Notes under the pieces: model-generated
The model's database searches: none
What the model saw: only the letters and a program-made list of their open reading frames with translations
What the model was told of the DNA's origin: nothing
Translations under genes and position numbers: made by a program
In this document: positions 19,448 to 28,276 of the stretch, piece after piece
Layout: every line of letters starts with the position of its first letter
Numbering within the stretch: position 1 is the first letter of the stretch
Source: a virus
Length of the DNA: 64,000 nt
Virus record (IMG/VR): IMGVR_UViG_3300044726_000013
Location: 1 to 64,000 of that record
Strand: one strand, 5' to 3'

Positions 19448-19843
19448 ATGTTTGAACTTTTTAGCACTACCCTCTACCCCCACCTTGATGCCCGCACCGC
19501 CAACTGGGTCATCGCCTTTGATGAAGACGGGCGCTACTACGTAGACCACACGCCCGGCTCTGACTTCTGGGTGCCGGTGCCCTACGCCTACGCCACCCGT
19601 GAGGGCGCTGAGGCTGGCATTGCCGCCATCAAGGCGTGGGAGGCCCCTGTGGCCGCTGGTGAAGACGTGCTGAGCCTTGAGGCCCTGCGCGCCACGCCAG
19701 AGTGGGCGGCGCTGCTGACCCACGTGCACATGCGCCAAGCCATAGTGCCTGACCTGAGCGTGTTTGATTTCAACGTGGAAATCATGCCCGGTGCCTATGA
19801 CCACTACCGCGCCATCACCCTTGCTGGCGCGCAAGTGCTGTAA
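19448..19843 (+). CDS. Hypothetical protein
   Basis: CCTCTGGAG RBS motif then ATG at 19448. Confidence 0.65.
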   Translation: MFELFSTTLYPHLDARTANWVIAFDEDGRYYVDHTPGSDFWVPVPYAYATREGAEAGIAAIKAWEAPVAAGEDVLSLEALRATPEWAALLTHVHMRQAIVPDLSVFDFNVEIMPGAYDHYRAITLAGAQVL

Positions 19844-19876
19844 CCATCAACCCTGAAACCAAGAAGGACCAAGACC

Positions 19877-20149
19877 ATGAATAACGACCGCCGCAAGAGC
19901 ATCAGCAAGCTGCATGACGAACTTGACACGCTCAAGAGCGCGCTTGAGGATTTGCGTGACCAGATAGACACCCTGAAGGGTGAAGAGGAAGACGGCTTCA
20001 ACAACCTGCCTGAGGGCCTGCAACAGGCTGAGCGTGGGCAGGCCATGGAAGAGGCCACCAACCAGCTTCAGACCGCCTATGACGCCGCTGACAGCGCCGT
20101 CAGCAGTCTGGATGAGGCCCTGACCGCCCTTGATGACGCGGGGGTCTGA
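19877..20149 (+). CDS. Acidic coiled-coil hypothetical protein
   Basis: MN..RRK.I and N.PE.LQ..ERG motifs. Confidence 0.75.
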   Translation: MNNDRRKSISKLHDELDTLKSALEDLRDQIDTLKGEEEDGFNNLPEGLQQAERGQAMEEATNQLQTAYDAADSAVSSLDEALTALDDAGV

Positions 20150-20150
20150 G

Positions 20151-20435
20151 ATGCGCAACGCCATGATCAACCCTGTGCCGAACCTGAACGGCAACAGCAG
20201 TGAGAGCCTGCTGAAACAACTGGGTGGCGTGCTGACCGCCCTGCATGACCTTGAGAAGGCCATGCGGGGTGCCAGCGACTGCTACCACGGGCGCAACTTT
20301 CAGACCGTGAGGTTTAGCGTTGAGAGCCAACAGGCCGCCCAGCGGGCGTGGCATGAGCGCTTTGAGTGGCTGAGCCAGTTTGAGCGTGAGATTGAAGACA
20401 TGAGGCTGGCAATCCAGCAGAAAGAAGGCATGTAA
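20151..20435 (+). CDS. Hypothetical protein
   Basis: P..NLNG.S...L and HGRN.Q motifs. Confidence 0.65.
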   Translation: MRNAMINPVPNLNGNSSESLLKQLGGVLTALHDLEKAMRGASDCYHGRNFQTVRFSVESQQAAQRAWHERFEWLSQFEREIEDMRLAIQQKEGM

Positions 20436-20764
20436 TGTGGATTTGTTTCAACAACGCGTTTGTCAGCGTGGTACAAGACAGGGATAAGCCCGGCTACTTG
20501 CTGGTGCGCGCCCGGCGCAAGGCGCACCTGACCAAGCTGTTCCCCAAGGCCAAGATCACCGAGACACCCAAGCGTGACTACCGCTGGCGCGTCAGCGTGC
20601 CCCCCCTCTACATGGCCGATCTAGTGGCCAAGCACATCATAGGCATTGACTACGGCAACTTCAAAGACAGCGTGAAGGAAGACGCCCTGCATGACATGTA
20701 CAGCCTCTGGTGGGGTGACCATCACCGCTACCAGACCGACCGGCACCGGCAGAAGTGGGGGTGA
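20435..20764 (+). CDS. Hypothetical protein
   Basis: MWI....F.SVV, LLVRAR, DYRWR and IDY.NFK motifs. Confidence 0.75.
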   Translation: MWICFNNAFVSVVQDRDKPGYLLVRARRKAHLTKLFPKAKITETPKRDYRWRVSVPPLYMADLVAKHIIGIDYGNFKDSVKEDALHDMYSLWWGDHHRYQTDRHRQKWG

Positions 20765-20795
20765 GCGATTTTTCTTCAGCGGGGTCCATTTAGGT

Positions 20796-20827
20796 GCTTT
20801 ACAGGGCCGTCGCATATGGGCTATACG
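20796..20827 (+). promoter_or_regulatory. Repeated phage promoter
   Basis: GCTTTACA-N18-TATACG; upstream GGGTCCATTT..GG block shared with the 37.65-kb promoter. Confidence 0.7.
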
Positions 20828-20874
20828 AGATGTACCGGGGCGCTGGTGCCCCGGCACATTTTGAGGTTTTCACC

Positions 20875-22488
20875 ATGACCACCACCAAAGTTTTTACCCC
20901 GTCACCTGAACAGGCCGTGTTTCTTGACTGGATTTCTAACGGCAAGGGCTCTTGCGTGCTTGAGGCGGTTGCCGGTGCGGGCAAGACCACCACGCTGCTT
21001 GAAGGCGTCAAGCGCATGCAGGGTGAGGTTTTTCTGGGTGCCTACAACACCAAGATGGCTGCTGAGTTGAAGCAGAAGCTGGCGGCCATGGGCCTGCCCA
21101 ACAAGGGCGCTGACGGCAAGAACGCCGCCACGTTTCACTCTGCGGGCATGAGCGCCCTGCGCAGCGCCAACAAGGCCATTCAGGTCAATGACAAGAAGGT
21201 GCGTGATCTGGTTGACGGTCTGGTCAAGAGCCAGAGCGGCGTCTTTGCCGTGCGTGACGCGGCTGACGGTGAAATCACCGCCATCTGCCAGTTGGTCGGC
21301 CTTGCCAAGCAGACCGGCTTTGGCGTTGACAATCTGGTGCCCAACGTGAAGCCCGCCTACTGGGTTGAACTGATCAACCGCCATGACGTGGCTGACCGTC
21401 TGCCCGATGATTACAACGTGGCTGATCTGGTGACCACCGCTGAGCGGGTGCTGGCGCTGAGCAACGCTGACCGTGACACCATTGATTTTGATGACATGTG
21501 CTACCTGCCGCTGTTGCGCCGCCTGCGCTTTTGGCCCAAGGATTGGGTGCTGATTGATGAGGCGCAAGACACCAACGCCGTGCGCCGTGAGATTGCCCGC
21601 AAGATGCTGCGCCCGCATACCGGCCGCCTGATTGCCGTGGGTGATCCCCATCAGGCCATTTTTGGCTTCACGGGCGCTGATAACCAGAGCCTTGATCTGA
21701 TCCGCAAGCTGTTCAACGCCAGCACGCTGGCGCTGAGCGTTAGCTGGCGCTGCCCGTCTGCGGTGGTTGCGGTGGCGCGTGAGTACGTCAGCCACATTCA
21801 GCCCGCGCCTACCGCGCCTGAGGGTGTGGTGCGCTCTGCCACCTACCGCCAGATGGTTGACACCATTCAGCCCGGTCAGGCGGTACTGTGCCGCACCAAT
21901 GCGCCGCTGATTGAATTGTGCTTCAGGTTGATCCGTGAAGGCAAGCCCGCCAAGATTGAGGGCCGGTCTATTGGTGACGGTCTGGTGGCGCTGGTTGGCC
22001 GCTGGAAGGTCAAGGGCCTTGATGCCTTTGAAGGCAAGCTGACCAAGTGGAACCTGCGTGAGACGGCCAAGCTGGCTGGCGCGCCCAAGGTTGATGAGGC
22101 CAAGATTGCCCGCCATGAAGACAAGTACGCCACCATTCTGGTGCTGCTTGAGCGTGCCCGTGAGCGTGGTTTGCAGACGGTGGCTGAGATGCAGGCCATG
22201 GTGCAGGGCATGTTCTCTGACACGGCGCTTGAAGGCCAGACGGCCAATCTGGTGGTGCTGTCTAGCGTGCACAAGAGCAAGGGGTTGGAGTGGCCGGTGG
22301 TGCACATTCTGGGCCGTGGTGACATCATGCCCAGCCCGCGCGCCAAGCAAGATTGGCAGATCGAGCAGGAAATCAACCTCTGCTACGTGGCGGTGACTAG
22401 GGCGCAAGAGGTGCTGGTTGACGTGCCCATGCCTACCCCGGAAGACCTGAAGCCCACCCAGAAGCCGGTTGAGGGGGTGGCGGCATGA
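20875..22488 (+). CDS. Second UvrD-like SF1 helicase
   Basis: AVAGAGKT, IDEAQD, VGDPHQAIFGF, SVHKSKGLEW and YVAVTRA motifs. Confidence 0.92.
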   Translation: MTTTKVFTPSPEQAVFLDWISNGKGSCVLEAVAGAGKTTTLLEGVKRMQGEVFLGAYNTKMAAELKQKLAAMGLPNKGADGKNAATFHSAGMSALRSANKAIQVNDKKVRDLVDGLVKSQSGVFAVRDAADGEITAICQLVGLAKQTGFGVDNLVPNVKPAYWVELINRHDVADRLPDDYNVADLVTTAERVLALSNADRDTIDFDDMCYLPLLRRLRFWPKDWVLIDEAQDTNAVRREIARKMLRPHTGRLIAVGDPHQAIFGFTGADNQSLDLIRKLFNASTLALSVSWRCPSAVVAVAREYVSHIQPAPTAPEGVVRSATYRQMVDTIQPGQAVLCRTNAPLIELCFRLIREGKPAKIEGRSIGDGLVALVGRWKVKGLDAFEGKLTKWNLRETAKLAGAPKVDEAKIARHEDKYATILVLLERARERGLQTVAEMQAMVQGMFSDTALEGQTANLVVLSSVHKSKGLEWPVVHILGRGDIMPSPRAKQDWQIEQEINLCYVAVTRAQEVLVDVPMPTPEDLKPTQKPVEGVAA

Positions 22489-22658
22489 AAAGCAACTTCA
22501 CCTACGCCCAGAGCCAGAGGATGACCACCGCTGAGGTGGTCATTCTGCTGACCGTCAGCTTTGGCTGCTGGTTTACCGATCACCGGGCGGCGGCCATTGT
22601 GTTCTTGGCTTTGGCGGCGCTGTCACTGAACTGCCATTTCAGGAGAACCTACAAATGA
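22485..22658 (+). CDS. Small membrane protein
   Basis: 57-aa ORF read manually, coupled to both neighbours, two hydrophobic stretches. Confidence 0.5.
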   Translation: MKSNFTYAQSQRMTTAEVVILLTVSFGCWFTDHRAAAIVFLALAALSLNCHFRRTYK

Positions 22659-23665
22659 AAGCCCCCAAGCGCCAGCCGCTGCTGAGTGACATGCTACTAC
22701 AGCAGACCCGCAGCCCCTACGACCCGCCGCGCCAGAGCATGCTGACGGCCAAGCGGTTTGACTTTGACGTGCCTGCCTCAGAGTTCGTGGGCAAGCTGCT
22801 GAACAAGACAGCCCGGCTGATCTTGCGTGAACAGGAGTTTGCCCGGCAGCCCTACCCGCAGACGTGGGTTGAACTTGACGCCAGCGCCTACAGCGCGGGC
22901 CTGATGGGCGCGGTTGAGGGCAACCCTGAGACGGCCGACACCAAGTTTGGCTTCCTGTATGACCGGGGCACGGTTCACGGCGGCACGGTCTATTGCGGCG
23001 CGGCCAGCAAGTGGGGCTGCAACTGGTCACCGTTCAAGATCATGCTGCACAAGCCCATGTCATTTGAGGATGAGATGGCGCTGGCCACCCAAACGGGGCA
23101 TTCCCGGTTGACCCTGCGCCAAGCCCTGATTGGCTACGCTGAACACATGCATGACCCATGGTGGCATAGCGATGAGGCCAAGAGCCTTGTGCGCAGCCAC
23201 ACCTACGTGCCCGCGCCCGGTCTGAGCATGGAACAGAACAGGGGCATCTTGCAACAGCATCAGGGCGTGCTGAAACAGGTGCTGGCCATGCTGCTGATCT
23301 TGACCCGACCGGGACGCCGCGTGCTGACCATCACTGATGAAGGCCACCAGCGCATGATATGGAAGGGCAAGAGCATAGTTCTGGCCAAGCACAGCGTGGT
23401 CAGGCTGCATATTGACCAGAGCGTGGCCATACGGCGGTTTATCAGCGGCGTGCATACAGGCTTGCACAGAAGGCTGCACGATGTCAGAGGTCATTGGGCG
23501 CAGACGCGCCGCCACCAGAACGCCTGCACGCACGTGTGGGACCCGGTTGACGTTGACCACTACCGCTGCCTGCGGTGTGAGGCCAAGCGGTGGTGGCGCA
23601 AGAACCACAGCAGGGGCCTGCCTGAGGTGGGCACCATTGTTAAGGAATATGAGGTGAGCAAGTGA
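22655..23665 (+). CDS. Hypothetical protein with C-terminal H.VRGHW motif and Zn-finger
   Basis: HDVRGHW, C.H.W, C..C and WWRK.H.RG motifs; AGGAG RBS. Confidence 0.75.
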   Translation: MKAPKRQPLLSDMLLQQTRSPYDPPRQSMLTAKRFDFDVPASEFVGKLLNKTARLILREQEFARQPYPQTWVELDASAYSAGLMGAVEGNPETADTKFGFLYDRGTVHGGTVYCGAASKWGCNWSPFKIMLHKPMSFEDEMALATQTGHSRLTLRQALIGYAEHMHDPWWHSDEAKSLVRSHTYVPAPGLSMEQNRGILQQHQGVLKQVLAMLLILTRPGRRVLTITDEGHQRMIWKGKSIVLAKHSVVRLHIDQSVAIRRFISGVHTGLHRRLHDVRGHWAQTRRHQNACTHVWDPVDVDHYRCLRCEAKRWWRKNHSRGLPEVGTIVKEYEVSK

Positions 23666-23811
23666 AGGAGATTGAACTGTCACGTACACCCATCAAGCCT
23701 GACGTACTCATTGCATGGCTCAAGGAAGCCGGTAAGGGTGGCGTCACGCCCAAGGGCATGCGGCGGCTCTGCCTTGAGGCGGCACGCGCTCTGGAGGACG
23801 CTAAGCCATGA
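23662..23811 (+). CDS. Small hypothetical protein
   Basis: GTG-start 49-aa ORF overlapping both neighbours. Confidence 0.45.
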   Translation: MKEIELSRTPIKPDVLIAWLKEAGKGGVTPKGMRRLCLEAARALEDAKP

Positions 23812-24089
23812 AGCCCATCTGTCTGAAGTGCCAGCGGTTCTACCGGCCCAAGCACAACGGCTACGCCTTCATCGAGGGCATGCCGCTGGGCGCGTCACCG
23901 CCCGGCACCGAGTACCCTGAAGGCTGGGTGCCGTACAAGCTGTGGATTGGTGACCTGTGGCAGTGCAAGGGCTGCGGCCATGAGTTGGTGTCCGGCGTGG
24001 CGCGCCTGCCGCGCGCAGAGCATTATGAGCCAGACTTTGAAGAGAAGGTGAAAAGCTATGGACCCTTGGTTCAAATTAACGACTGCTGA
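23808..24089 (+). CDS. Zn-ribbon hypothetical protein
   Basis: CxxC...GDLW.CxxCG motif; GGAGG RBS. Confidence 0.7.
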   Translation: MKPICLKCQRFYRPKHNGYAFIEGMPLGASPPGTEYPEGWVPYKLWIGDLWQCKGCGHELVSGVARLPRAEHYEPDFEEKVKSYGPLVQINDC

Positions 24090-24261
24090 GCGGCGGCGCG
24101 CTGAGCGGGCGGCGCACAAGTTCAGTGATGACATAGGCGGGCACGCCAGCAACTACCGCCAGACCGTGCCGCCCATGGTGCACACCAACATCAAGGATCA
24201 CAGTGATGTGCGTGACGCCACAACCGAAAAACCGCTGGCACCAAAACCTGACCGATGTTAG
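24058..24261 (+). CDS. Hypothetical protein
   Basis: 67-aa ORF filling the gap before the ino1 leader. Confidence 0.4.
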   Translation: MDPWFKLTTAERRRAERAAHKFSDDIGGHASNYRQTVPPMVHTNIKDHSDVRDATTEKPLAPKPDRC

Positions 24262-24312
24262 GTTCAGGGGTAGCAGGGCCTGTAGGGGTACGGGAGTAAC
24301 AGGCTCTGCAAC

Positions 24313-24356
24313 GGCGGCCCGTGGCATTGGCTGGTCACGGGCCGCCTGTTTATTTC
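24313..24356 (+). terminator. Terminator-like hairpin just upstream of the ino1 RBS
   Basis: GGCGGCCCGTGGC...GTCACGGGCCGCC followed by TGTTTATTTC. Confidence 0.55.
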
Positions 24357-24373
24357 AACACAGTGAGGGTTTC

Positions 24374-25456
24374 ATGAGGAAAATACGCGTGGCCATTGTG
24401 GGCGTGGGCAATTGCGCCAGCGCCCTGATCCAAGGGCTGGCTTACTACGGCCAGACATCTGACAACTACCCCAAGCCCGGCATGATCACACCCTTGCTGG
24501 GCGGCTACGGCCCGGCTGACATTGAGGTGGTCACCGCCTTTGATGTGGTAGACACCAAGGTGGGGTTGCCCATCAATCAGGCCATCTGGGCGCAACCCAA
24601 CAACACCACGGCAATAGTGGATAGCGTGCCTGAGTGCGGCAAGGTCTACCGTGGCCCCACGCTTGACGGTCTGGGCAAGTACCTGCGTGAGGTGGTGGGT
24701 GAAAGCACAGTAGAGCCGATTGACGTTGAAGACACGCTGGCGCTGCTGAATGTGGATGTTCTGGTCAGCTACCTGCCGGTGGGCTCTGATCTGGCGGCCC
24801 AGCACTATGCCGGGGCGGCGCTGCGCGCCAACACAGCATTCGTGAACTGCATGCCTGCGTTCATTGCCTCTGACCCTGAATGGGCCGCTGCCTTCAAGCG
24901 GGCGGGGGTGCCCATCATTGGGGATGACATCAAGTCACAGGTGGGGGCCACCATTGTGCACCGCACGCTGGTGCAGTTGCTGCGTGAGCGCGGCTATGTG
25001 CTGAGGCGCACCAGCCAGTTGAATGTGGGCGGCAATTCTGACTTCCTCAACATGCTTGAGCGCAGCCGCCTGACCAGCAAGAAGATCAGCAAGACGCGGG
25101 CCGTCACCAGCATCATGGGCGTGGAACTGCCTGCTGAAGACGTGCACATTGGCCCGTCTGACTATGTGCCGTGGCTGGGTGACACCAAGGTGGCGCACAT
25201 CAGGCTTGAGGCTGAGGGCTTTGGTGGCGCACCGTTGACCATGGACCTGAAGCTTGAGGTGGTTGACAGCCCCAACAGCGCGGGCGTGGTGATGGACGCC
25301 ATACGCTGCGCCGCCGTGGCGCAGGACCGTGGGCAGGGCGGGCCGGTGGCGGCAGCCTGCGCTTGGTACATGAAAAGCCCGCCCGAACAGTGGGATGATA
25401 GCGTGGCCAGTGATCTGCTTGATGAATGGCTGAGAGGGGATGATCTGACATGGTGA
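24374..25456 (+). CDS. ino1: myo-inositol-1-phosphate synthase (inositol-3-phosphate synthase)
   Basis: GVGNCAS Rossmann motif, YLPVGS, GDDIKSQVGAT, QLNVGGN.DFLNM, SKKISKT, HIGPSDYVPWL and DSPNSAG; 360 aa; GAGGG RBS. Confidence 0.95.
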   Translation: MRKIRVAIVGVGNCASALIQGLAYYGQTSDNYPKPGMITPLLGGYGPADIEVVTAFDVVDTKVGLPINQAIWAQPNNTTAIVDSVPECGKVYRGPTLDGLGKYLREVVGESTVEPIDVEDTLALLNVDVLVSYLPVGSDLAAQHYAGAALRANTAFVNCMPAFIASDPEWAAAFKRAGVPIIGDDIKSQVGATIVHRTLVQLLRERGYVLRRTSQLNVGGNSDFLNMLERSRLTSKKISKTRAVTSIMGVELPAEDVHIGPSDYVPWLGDTKVAHIRLEAEGFGGAPLTMDLKLEVVDSPNSAGVVMDAIRCAAVAQDRGQGGPVAAACAWYMKSPPEQWDDSVASDLLDEWLRGDDLTW

Positions 25457-26496
25457 GAGAATTTTCAACTGAGCAACACCGCAAGCACTTTGCTGAGTTC
25501 TGTAGGTGGGAGTTGGCCAGCGGTGGCCCAGACCCGCAACTGGCCATGGTGGCTTATATGGCCCGCCAGCAAGAGGTGAATGAAGAGGAGCAGTTGTGGC
25601 GGGCCTTCTGCTACATTGGCCCCTACAACGTGCCCTACGGTGAAGTGCTGTGGCGGCACTGGTCATACCGCGATCTGGCTGATGACGAGAAGGGCATCAT
25701 AAAGGCGGGCCTGCGCAACTGGCTTGATGCCGCTTTCAACGCTGACAAGATCACCACCCGCATTGAGCGGCGCACGGTGCGGCGGGCCGATTGGCTGCAT
25801 GAGTACCTGTTGGGTGCCCGGCGCTTCATCTGGCATGACTGGCCTGAGTTGGTGGATGAGTGCCTGAGCCTTCACCCGCACCAAGCCTATGAGGTGGCAT
25901 GGCAGAAGGTCACGGCGCTGCCGCGCATAGGCCGCTACGCGGCAATCAAGCTGATTGAGTACCTGAGGCGCTATCAGGGGCTGATGGTCCTCACGCCCGA
26001 TATACGGCCCAAAGACGCATGGTCACCGCGCCATACGCTGGGCTACATCTGGCCAGACCGCAACCTTGGCAACCGTGACAACAGCCCTGAGGCGCTGACG
26101 GTGGCCAGCCAAGCCTGCATTGACGCGCTGACGCTGCTGAAGCATGACTACGATGTCACCATAGACATGTTTCAGCTTCAGGTGCTGCTGTGTGAGTACC
26201 GTGAAAGCTGGGAAAAGGGCAAGCAATACCCCGGCCGCTCACTAGATAGCGAACTGGGCTACGCCCGCAAGGCTGAACTTGACTGGGCCTACAACAGCGG
26301 CATCTGGCGCGCCCGGCGTGACCTGTTCCCGCTACAGCATCTGGGTGAGCATCAGGGCTGGGAGGGGCCGCGCAAGCCGGTGGCCGGGTGCCTGCGTGAC
26401 CACGGCTACACGTGGACTGACCTGAAGTATGACTTCATCAAAACCACTGATATGGATGAGCCTGTGATGTGGAGAGGGTCTGATGGCAGCCGGTGA
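25450..26496 (+). CDS. aGPT-Pplase clade 2-like / amino acid:DNA transferase-family protein (divergent)
   Basis: GGPDP N-terminus, ERR..R, HhH-like LPRIGRYAAIKLIEYL, LLCEY...GKQYPGRSLD; same cluster as the 5-hmU kinase. Confidence 0.72.
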   Translation: MVREFSTEQHRKHFAEFCRWELASGGPDPQLAMVAYMARQQEVNEEEQLWRAFCYIGPYNVPYGEVLWRHWSYRDLADDEKGIIKAGLRNWLDAAFNADKITTRIERRTVRRADWLHEYLLGARRFIWHDWPELVDECLSLHPHQAYEVAWQKVTALPRIGRYAAIKLIEYLRRYQGLMVLTPDIRPKDAWSPRHTLGYIWPDRNLGNRDNSPEALTVASQACIDALTLLKHDYDVTIDMFQLQVLLCEYRESWEKGKQYPGRSLDSELGYARKAELDWAYNSGIWRARRDLFPLQHLGEHQGWEGPRKPVAGCLRDHGYTWTDLKYDFIKTTDMDEPVMWRGSDGSR

Positions 26497-26677
26497 CCGG
26501 GTTGAGGGTGAGACGTTGCACACGTACCTTGGGGATGGCGTCTACGCCAGCTTTGACGGCTACCAGATATGGCTGCGGGCCGACCGCTTTGGCATAGAGC
26601 AAGCCGTGGCCGTTGAGCCTGAGGTGATGGCCCAACTGGTGATCTACGCCGCCAAGGTCTTTGGGGAAAAGCCATGA
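26483..26677 (+). CDS. Small hypothetical protein
   Basis: YLGDGVYASFDGYQIWL motif. Confidence 0.7.
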   Translation: MAAGDRVEGETLHTYLGDGVYASFDGYQIWLRADRFGIEQAVAVEPEVMAQLVIYAAKVFGEKP

Positions 26678-27111
26678 TGAAAATCTACCGCGTGGCAACA
26701 GACCTGATGCTGTCTGCCCGCACCCACACCCTGACCGATGACCAGTGCGTTGATCTGGTCAACAGGCATGAACTCACCGCCATCATCAACCTGTGGCACA
26801 CGCCGGATCAGCGCGTGGCCAAGATGGTTGACTGGTATGAGTGCGTGCCGCTGCCTGACGGCCAGATCAGTGAGCGCATGGCCCACTGCCTTGAAACCTT
26901 GGCAGATGACGTGGCCGCTGAGGTGCGCAGGGGCGGCAGGGTGCTGATGCATTGTTGGGGCGGGCGCAACCGCTCAGGTTTGCTGGCGGCCTTGGTGCTG
27001 ACCCGGCTGGAGCGTATAACCGGCAGCCAAGCCTATGACCGCGTGCGGGCCGTGCGGCGCGGCGCGCTGGTCAACCTGCACTTTGCCAACTACCTGAAGA
27101 GGCGGCCATGA
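26674..27111 (+). CDS. CX5R (dual-specificity/PTP-like) phosphatase
   Basis: VLMHCWGGRNRSGL active-site loop; PLPD acid loop. Confidence 0.9.
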   Translation: MMKIYRVATDLMLSARTHTLTDDQCVDLVNRHELTAIINLWHTPDQRVAKMVDWYECVPLPDGQISERMAHCLETLADDVAAEVRRGGRVLMHCWGGRNRSGLLAALVLTRLERITGSQAYDRVRAVRRGALVNLHFANYLKRRP

Positions 27112-27521
27112 GCATTCCTGAAAAGCTACGTCAGGCATATCATAACGATCTGACTGACGTGCCCTTGCTGCTTGAGGCGGCTGATGAAATTGACAAGTGG
27201 GACCGGCGTTGGTGCGTGGCTGTTAAGACGATAGCTGAGCGTGATGAAACCATCGAGCGGCTGACGGCAGAGCGCAACAAGCTGGAAGACATGTGGCGTG
27301 AGCGCCCCACCGGCACCCGCAACCAGCGTGAGCGCCAGCTTACCAAGCGGTTGGAAGACGCTGAGGCATTAGCTTTCACGCTGGCAACGCAGGTCAGGGC
27401 GGCTGAGGCCGTACTGGTGACCATTGAGAGCCGGGCCAGCGGCTACACCCATGGGGATGAACGGGTTGAAGCCACGTTCAGGGGCATAGCGGAACTTGCC
27501 CGTAAGAAGGCGGCGTCATGA
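27108..27521 (+). CDS. Coiled-coil hypothetical protein
   Basis: EAADEI..L motif and heptad pattern; coupled ORF. Confidence 0.65.
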   Translation: MSIPEKLRQAYHNDLTDVPLLLEAADEIDKWDRRWCVAVKTIAERDETIERLTAERNKLEDMWRERPTGTRNQRERQLTKRLEDAEALAFTLATQVRAAEAVLVTIESRASGYTHGDERVEATFRGIAELARKKAAS

Positions 27522-28081
27522 GCATTGTTCTGATCAGGGGCACGGGCGGCAGCGGCAAGACCTACATTGCCGAGCAGGTGATCAAGGCGCTGGGCGGCCT
27601 GAGCGCGGCCACCACGTTCACCATGGGGCCCAAAGACAAGACGGCGGGCTACATCTGGCGGGCTCCCCCGGTTACCATCATGGGGCGCTACGGCAACGCC
27701 TGCGGCGGCTGTGACACCATTGGCGGCTGGCCGGGGGGTCCAGATGATATCTGCAAGCGCATTGCCGTTGAGGCGTCACTGGGCCAGAGCGTGCTGTGGG
27801 AGGGCATTGCCGTCAGCAGCTACGGCCAGAAGCGGTTGCTGCTGATGCCGGGCCTGACGGTCATTCAGCTTGACACTTCACTTGAGGAATGCGTTAAGTC
27901 AATCTATGCGCGGCGCGCGGCCAAGGGCAATGCAAAGCCGCTTGACCTGTACCACACCGAGCGTAAGCATAAGGCGCTGTTTACGACCACGCGCAGCAAC
28001 GCGGCGGCGGGCATTGCCACTGAGACGCACAGCCGTGAAACTGCATTGCCGCGCGTCATGGAATTACTTGGTTTAGTTTAG
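27518..28081 (+). CDS. P-loop kinase, putative 5-hydroxymethyluracil DNA kinase
   Basis: IRGTGGSGKT Walker A, G.Y..ACGGCDTI, V.WEG and L..SLEEC...I..RR motifs. Confidence 0.8.
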   Translation: MSIVLIRGTGGSGKTYIAEQVIKALGGLSAATTFTMGPKDKTAGYIWRAPPVTIMGRYGNACGGCDTIGGWPGGPDDICKRIAVEASLGQSVLWEGIAVSSYGQKRLLLMPGLTVIQLDTSLEECVKSIYARRAAKGNAKPLDLYHTERKHKALFTTTRSNAAAGIATETHSRETALPRVMELLGLV

Positions 28082-28222
28082 GGGAGATCATTTTGAGGGC
28101 GAACGGCCAGCCCAACAACGGTAAGTCACCTCCCTATCTCCCCGGCCCAGTGCGGCTTGCTTAGAGGGTCAAGGTGATGCGGCTAGGAAAGTGCATACCT
28201 TTTTGGTTCAGAGCGTTGAGAG

Positions 28223-28262
28223 TGGCGGCGGGGCAGGCGAACCCCCCGCCGCCATTTTATTT
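28223..28262 (+). terminator. Terminator-like hairpin just upstream of the hydroxymethylase RBS
   Basis: TGGCGGCGGGG...CCCCGCCGCCA followed by TTTTATTT. Confidence 0.55.
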
Positions 28263-28276
28263 GAGGGGAGTTTCAC

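Noticed and set aside
20902-22407. 501-aa minus-strand ORF (also 59710-61197, 54984-55976, 43793-44920 and similar)
   Set aside because: Antisense shadows of well-supported genes, caused by GC-rich codon bias; no motifs or RBS.
24203-24373. 57-aa N-terminal extension of Ino1 in the ORF track
   Set aside because: Ino1 similarity and a GAGGG RBS point to the ATG at 24374; the extension covers hairpin-forming leader DNA.
24374-25456. ino1 as a generic auxiliary metabolic gene (phosphatidylinositol, mycothiol or compatible solute)
   Set aside because: Not excluded but disfavoured: no lipid, mycothiol or DIP genes nearby, and it overlaps the DNA transferase gene.
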